Source of the DNA: Flavobacteriaceae bacterium | GTDB taxonomy: Bacteria > Bacteroidota > Bacteroidia > Flavobacteriales > Weeksellaceae | Assembly: GCA_013333875.2 (NCBI GenBank) | Contig: JABCOA020000021.1 | Coordinates: forward strand, 1 to 63,455 | Direction of reading: 5' to 3' | Length of the DNA: 63,455 nt | Part shown: positions 58,324-63,455 of the stretch, piece after piece | Position numbering within the stretch: position 1 is the first letter of the stretch | How the letters are laid out: each line of letters opens with the position of its first letter | Program-made: the position numbers and the translations under genes | Notes under the pieces: model-generated | Databases searched by the model: none | Told to the model about the DNA's origin: nothing | The model's input: only the letters and a program-made list of their open reading frames with translations

Positions 58324-60165
58324 ATGCAAGACAAATTTATAACCAACGAGGGGATTGAAATTCCGCTGGACGGACTTTCGTTTAGTTTCACTGAAGAAAA
58401 TCCAAGGTTCAAGGACAGCTTCTGGACCAACTACACTTTGCCCATAGAGTGTCCTTATACGGTGGAATTTCTTAGGAAGATAGGTCAGTTTTCTTCGCTT
58501 GACAATTCTAAACTTAAGCGGTTTCATGATGGAATCCATATTCACGAGGGAAAACGGAGAAAAGGAAAAATCGAGATTCTGGAGTTTGGGACAAAGTCGC
58601 TAAAATTTCAGATTGATTCTGGATTTGAAAACTTACCTAATTTTGACAAAAAACTAGCAGATCTGCCTCTCCATAATTTCGAAGTTCCAGACATCTACCA
58701 GCACGCCAATGAAGTCGTGGAAAAGAGCTATCCTGTATCAGATTATAATTTTCCAAAACTCTATACAGATGAATACAATCTGGACAGTGAGGAATGGAAA
58801 TATTTTGATTCGATGATAAACAACAGAGTGCAGGAACAGGGAAAGGCTGAAAAGAGTTTCCCTAGAAATAGAGTAGAGGACGGCATGGATGTTTATAATA
58901 AAAACATCATCCATCCGATGCCTTACCTACTGTATGTTCTGAAGGCTGGGTTTAAAGATGCTGGTTTCCAGCTTATGGGGGATATTCTTAGCGATGAGCA
59001 TCTGCTTCAGCGATGTATTTTTACCGATAAAAACTACTACACCACAGGAGACCAAAAACTACATAAACTCAGCATGTTCAAGGAGGAAGTATATTTGACC
59101 GAGCGGACTCCTGGGGGCGATATGTTTGGAAAGTGGAAAAAATCAGTAGTGATAGAGGCGCCAGGGAAATACAGAATTTATTTCAAAGTGCATAACGCAT
59201 TGAAGGGCGCTGATGTTAATCTCTATTATGGAGGCAAGCATGTTTATTCTTTCGGTGCTGGTAATCAGCTCCAAGTGGTGGAGAATTTAAGTTTTGTTTT
59301 AGATGTCAGCGAGCAGGACGCCGTGGATAGGAAGGAATTTGTCTTTGAATATTACGGCTATTTAGAGGCGCCGCATTTAATGGATTCTTCTAAAAAAGAT
59401 ATAGGTCTGGCGTATATGGAAATTCGACCGATGAGACAGCACACCATAGAGGGCAATGTGATTCCGTATGTATTTAATTTCAATAGGGTTAATCTTAAAA
59501 AAGCAGTGCCAGATATGTCGTTCGGGGATTTGGTGACCATCATCAAGAACTGGCGAAACTATGACCTTACTTTTGACGGCTCCAAGGCAATAATGAATCT
59601 TATTAGAATTGATAAGAGCAAGGAGCCAGAGGATTTCAGAGCCTTTGAGGTAGAAAATCCTATCAGGAAGTTTACCGATAAAGAGTATTTTCATTTGAAG
59701 TTTCCTGAAGTGGAGGGAATGGAAAATAGAAATATTTTCTTTAATGAAAAAGGCTATCAGCTCAATCCTCATTTTGTGCCTGAAAATACTACAGAAGTTA
59801 CTGTTAATGGCTTTTGTCTTCCGATGGCGTTTTTCCGTGGCGCTAATACAGCCAAGGCTTACAAGGAAAGTTCCTTGATGCTGGTTTATTATGCTGGGCT
59901 GGACAGAGACGGCGATAACCACGCCACCAATCCGAGAGGGCTAGAAGGAGAGGAGTGCGCCGAGCATCTTAAGCCCTGGTATATGAACAGGCTGTCTAAC
60001 TTCAGCTACAAATGGACATTCATTGCGGAAAAAAACAAAATCCGTAAGTATGATATCCGCTCGGAAATTTTTGCCTACAACAAAAGGCACTGGATAAAAT
60101 ACTGGGTAAAAAATTCCATTTCGGACAAACACTATTCTATAGAAATAGAAACTGAAACTTATTAG
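58324..60165 (+). CDS. tail tip/baseplate protein (by position)
   Basis: 613 aa, last late gene. Confidence 0.45.
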   Translation: MQDKFITNEGIEIPLDGLSFSFTEENPRFKDSFWTNYTLPIECPYTVEFLRKIGQFSSLDNSKLKRFHDGIHIHEGKRRKGKIEILEFGTKSLKFQIDSGFENLPNFDKKLADLPLHNFEVPDIYQHANEVVEKSYPVSDYNFPKLYTDEYNLDSEEWKYFDSMINNRVQEQGKAEKSFPRNRVEDGMDVYNKNIIHPMPYLLYVLKAGFKDAGFQLMGDILSDEHLLQRCIFTDKNYYTTGDQKLHKLSMFKEEVYLTERTPGGDMFGKWKKSVVIEAPGKYRIYFKVHNALKGADVNLYYGGKHVYSFGAGNQLQVVENLSFVLDVSEQDAVDRKEFVFEYYGYLEAPHLMDSSKKDIGLAYMEIRPMRQHTIEGNVIPYVFNFNRVNLKKAVPDMSFGDLVTIIKNWRNYDLTFDGSKAIMNLIRIDKSKEPEDFRAFEVENPIRKFTDKEYFHLKFPEVEGMENRNIFFNEKGYQLNPHFVPENTTEVTVNGFCLPMAFFRGANTAKAYKESSLMLVYYAGLDRDGDNHATNPRGLEGEECAEHLKPWYMNRLSNFSYKWTFIAEKNKIRKYDIRSEIFAYNKRHWIKYWVKNSISDKHYSIEIETETY

Positions 60166-60196
60166 TCTTTTGCTCCTATTTAGGGGCAAAAGTTTT

Positions 60197-61354
60197 TTAA
60201 TCGAAGATGTTTGTCGTTAGTGCAGCTTCTTCATCTATAATATGGACATACTTCATTGTAGTCATTATTTTAGTGTGTCCCAATAACTTTTGCAGGTTTT
60301 CCACCTTTCCGCCTTTGATTAGGTAATTGGTAGCAAAGCTGTGTCTTGCTGTATGAAATGATATGTTTTTTTTGATTCCGCATATTTTAGCAATTTCCTT
60401 GATTTGCTTATTGATGTGGACTCCTGCCTTTTTTGCGATGAACAGCATGGGATTGTTGTCTATTATTTGTCTGCATTTCTGTCCTATTCCTATGATTTGG
60501 CGCATTTTCGTTTTAATCGAAATAAACTCGAAGGTGTCAGCATTGAAGTCATCACGATTCCTTTCCATAACATCGGAAATTCTCAGTCCCGTGTAGCAGG
60601 AAAATAGAAAATATCCTAAACTTAACTTCAAATGTTCTGGAACAAAAGAAGAATAGTAGTATTCCTCCATTTTCTTTATTTCTTCTTCTTTGAGCCAAAT
60701 GATTCTTCCTCCTGTAGAACCGACCTTGACCCAATCCAGGTTTACATAGATTTTTATTCCATTCGCTTTTGCCATGCGAAGGTATTTCTTGATGATGCTG
60801 ATATTGGTATTTACTGTAGCAGAATTATTTCCTAATTTTTTTAAATAGGATCTGTATTTGTCGAACCAAAGCAAATTGATATCTGGAAAAGAGCTTGGTA
60901 TTTTGGAGTTTTTGAGCTTATTGAATATTCCTTTATGTTTTATTATAGTAGATTCTGACAGATCTTGGTCTTGGATTACATGCTCAAAGAATTGCACCAA
61001 ATCATAACTTGGTGGTGCGTTTTTTAGCTGATTCAGAAACATATCCATTGTAAGTGGAGTTTCAGAAAGTCTGTGTTTGACGATGATGTTAGTGATTCTG
61101 TTTTCTAATTGTTTCAGAATAAGATTGTAATCATCTGCTTCATCACACTTGATAACTTTTTTCTTTTCTTTATCCCAGTGTTTTTCTTCTATTTTTAATA
61201 AAGTAGAGATTCTTGCTCTTTTTCCATTCAATCTTACATTGAGATAAATAGGTGACTTTCCAGATTTGTCACTCTCTTTTTTTATAAAAAAATTGTAGTT
61301 CATAGCTGCATAGAGATAAGCAGCATCTTTTCCAAAGCTTATGTTTTCTATCAT
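60197..61354 (-). CDS. tyrosine site-specific integrase
   Basis: C-terminal HTARHSFAT...LLGHTKIMTTMKYVH catalytic R-H-R-Y pattern; Bacteroidota-type N-terminal arm domain; 154 bp from the att core. Confidence 0.92.
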   Translation of the reverse strand: MIENISFGKDAAYLYAAMNYNFFIKKESDKSGKSPIYLNVRLNGKRARISTLLKIEEKHWDKEKKKVIKCDEADDYNLILKQLENRITNIIVKHRLSETPLTMDMFLNQLKNAPPSYDLVQFFEHVIQDQDLSESTIIKHKGIFNKLKNSKIPSSFPDINLLWFDKYRSYLKKLGNNSATVNTNISIIKKYLRMAKANGIKIYVNLDWVKVGSTGGRIIWLKEEEIKKMEEYYYSSFVPEHLKLSLGYFLFSCYTGLRISDVMERNRDDFNADTFEFISIKTKMRQIIGIGQKCRQIIDNNPMLFIAKKAGVHINKQIKEIAKICGIKKNISFHTARHSFATNYLIKGGKVENLQKLLGHTKIMTTMKYVHIIDEEAALTTNIFD

Positions 61355-61517
61355 TTCAGTTATGTTTTAAAAATTAAAACACAACCAGGCACTACTTTTA
61401 TCTACTGAGTGACCAACATAGAGACCGAAACACAAAAAAAGAGGAATAATAAACCCTTAATAAAACCTCTAAAAATCAGTGATTTCGCAATTAAGTTTAT
61501 TATTCCTCCTTTACTTA

Positions 61518-61590
<73 letters not shown>

Positions 61591-61690
61591 GGTATTGTTT
61601 TGCAAATATACAGCTTTTTTTTAAACTACCAAATTTTTTAATAAAAAATGCATTTGAAAAATTTCAAATGCATTTTAATAATTGTTTTTC

Positions 61691-61918
61691 CTAGTTCATC
61701 AATACTCTTTGGATGATTTGTAAAACAAGTCCTACACCAAAACCTATCAATGCCATAGTACATGCAGATTTTGCTTTTACAGGTGCTTTATCTTTATTCA
61801 TAAAATAGATAACTGCTCCCGCGATAGGAATACAAAATGAAAGAACTTTCATCCACATTTCCAAATCTTCTTGATCTTGTGGTTGATTTACATTAGGATT
61901 TTGATTTAAATCACTCAT
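61691..61918 (-). CDS. small two-TM membrane protein
   Basis: 75 aa, Gln/Asn-rich N-terminus then two helices. Confidence 0.5.
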   Translation of the reverse strand: MSDLNQNPNVNQPQDQEDLEMWMKVLSFCIPIAGAVIYFMNKDKAPVKAKSACTMALIGFGVGLVLQIIQRVLMN

Positions 61919-61920
61919 AA

Positions 61921-62271
61921 TTAAACAAATTTTAAAATTAATTCAGCTATAAATATTCCTGTAATGGAGACCAAAGACATCGTCCCTATACCTGCCATTA
62001 GTCCTGTAATTAGTCTTCTCATATTGGTGCTTTCCTTATTATAATAAGCCTGAATAAAGCCATCTAAATAAGTAGGAACTATCAGTAAAATAGTCATCCA
62101 AAAATTAAGGGATATTACACCAAATAAAAAGAATGGAAAAGAAAGATACCCCAAATGTATTCCTGTACATCTTGCACATACAGGAAACTGTTTTCCTCTC
62201 CAAAAGAAAGACCTTTCAGGTTTTCTATGGCAGAAGCTAAAATGAAGTTTTACTCTTTCTTTCTCTTTCAT
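61921..62271 (-). CDS. DUF2085-like membrane protein
   Basis: CHRKPERSFF...PVCARCTGIHLGY signature. Confidence 0.65.
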   Translation of the reverse strand: MKEKERVKLHFSFCHRKPERSFFWRGKQFPVCARCTGIHLGYLSFPFFLFGVISLNFWMTILLIVPTYLDGFIQAYYNKESTNMRRLITGLMAGIGTMSLVSITGIFIAELILKFV

Positions 62272-62421
62272 AATTATTTCGCAAATGTATAAAAAAAATA
62301 TTATGAAAATACAAAAAAATCAATGAAATAATTACTTATTTCTAATAAAAATTAAGAAGCTCCAAGTTGATAAAAATGGTTTGAAAAAAAATCATTACTT
62401 TTGCCCCCGTAAAATATATAT

Positions 62422-63455
62422 ATGCAAAACATTAGAAATATCGCAATTATTGCCCATGTAGACCATGGGAAAACTACTTTGGTGGATAAAATCATTCATG
62501 CTACCAATATTTTTAGAAAAAGTGATGAATCAGGTGATTTGATTATGGATAATAATGACCTGGAGAGAGAAAGAGGGATTACCATTTTATCTAAAAATAT
62601 CTCTGTAACTTATAAAGACACGAAAATCAATGTGATAGACACCCCTGGGCACGCCGATTTTGGGGGAGAAGTGGAAAGAGTTTTGAAAATGGCTGATGGG
62701 GTTGTTCTCTTGGTAGATGCATTTGAAGGGCCGATGCCACAGACGAGATTCGTGCTTCAAAAAGCTTTAGAATTAGGACTGAAACCAATAGTGGTTATCA
62801 ATAAAGTAGATAAAGATAACTGCCGTCCAGATGAAGTTCATGACAAAGTATTTGACCTGTTTTTCAACCTCAATGCTACGGAAGAACAGCTTGATTTCCC
62901 TACATACTACGGTTCATCTAAACAAGGTTGGTTTAATACAAGTTTGACTCCTGCTGATAGTATTTTGCCTTTATTAGATGGGATTTTAAAACATGTTCCA
63001 GCACCAAAAGTAGAAGAAGGAGCACTACAAATGCAGATAACATCGCTGGACTATTCATCTTTCTTGGGAAGAATTGCCATTGGTAAAGTGACCAGAGGTT
63101 CTGTAAAAGAAGGGCAGTGGATAGGACTTTCACAAGAAGGCGACAAAATAATAAAAGGAAAAGTAAAGGAACTATATGTATTCGAGGGGTTAGGAAAGAA
63201 AAAAGTAGAGGAAGTTTTTGCAGGGGATATTTGTGCGATTGTAGGTTTTGATGCGTTCCAGATTGGTGATACTTTCGTAGATTTGGAGAATCCAGAGCCG
63301 CTACCGAGAATCGCTATTGATGAACCTACTTTGAACATGACTTTCTCTATCAATAACTCGCCATTCTTCGGGAAAGATGGTAAGTATGTGACTTCTAACC
63401 ACTTGAAAGAGAGATTAGAAAAAGAATTAGAGAAAAACTTGGCTCTTCGTGTTCA
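62422..63455 (+). CDS. typA: translational GTPase TypA/BipA, N-terminal part (3' end outside window)
   Basis: [42 protein letters not shown]; not in the ORF track because no stop lies in the window. Confidence 0.92.
   Translation, partial: MQNIRNIAIIAHVDHGKTTLVDKIIHATNIFRKSDESGDLIMDNNDLERERGITILSKNISVTYKDTKINVIDTPGHADFGGEVERVLKMADGVVLLVDAFEGPMPQTRFVLQKALELGLKPIVVINKVDKDNCRPDEVHDKVFDLFFNLNATEEQLDFPTYYGSSKQGWFNTSLTPADSILPLLDGILKHVPAPKVEEGALQMQITSLDYSSFLGRIAIGKVTRGSVKEGQWIGLSQEGDKIIKGKVKELYVFEGLGKKKVEEVFAGDICAIVGFDAFQIGDTFVDLENPEPLPRIAIDEPTLNMTFSINNSPFFGKDGKYVTSNHLKERLEKELEKNLALRV

Overview
AT-rich Bacteroidota (Flavobacteriales-like) chromosomal segment. The taxon call is an inference from TTTG-N19-TAnnTTTG promoter boxes, near absence of Shine-Dalgarno sequences and the gene families present. 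1-16.4 kb is ordinary housekeeping DNA: purK/purE, tRNA-Leu, thrS-infC-rpmI-rplT, queA, rlmN, trxB, crcB, tRNA-Ser. 16.4-18.9 kb is a small accessory islet with a frameshifted immunity-like gene, an unknown gene and a small HD-domain alarmone-hydrolase-like gene. 18907-61530 is a ~42.6 kb siphovirus-type prophage. It is bounded by an exact 22-bp direct repeat that rebuilds the 3' end of an initiator-like tRNA-Met(CAU), and a tyrosine integrase sits next to the tRNA. 61.6-63.5 kb is host DNA again (DUF2085, typA). Prophage modules: XRE switch, TOPRIM/P-loop primase-helicase, OB-fold SSB-like gene, S49 protease-scaffold-capsid, ParB-methyltransferase fusion, hicAB moron, terminase, portal, lysis cassette, tape measure and tail genes. 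Their order is scrambled and many hairpin/T-run terminators divide them. Best candidates for something new: (1) a translationally coupled SNF2-helicase / ParB-Srx / PP-loop PAPS-reductase operon plus a stand-alone BRCT gene at 45.4-50.0 kb, controlled by a second XRE switch and splitting the head/lysis genes from the tail genes; (2) a promoter-to-terminator structured RNA candidate at 50.0-50.2 kb; (3) a dense array of 12 TTGTAAG/CTTACAA heptamers in the largest non-coding gap, 25.9-26.4 kb. All calls come from reading the sequence and ORF translations by eye. No database search was run, and start codons and family names are provisional.
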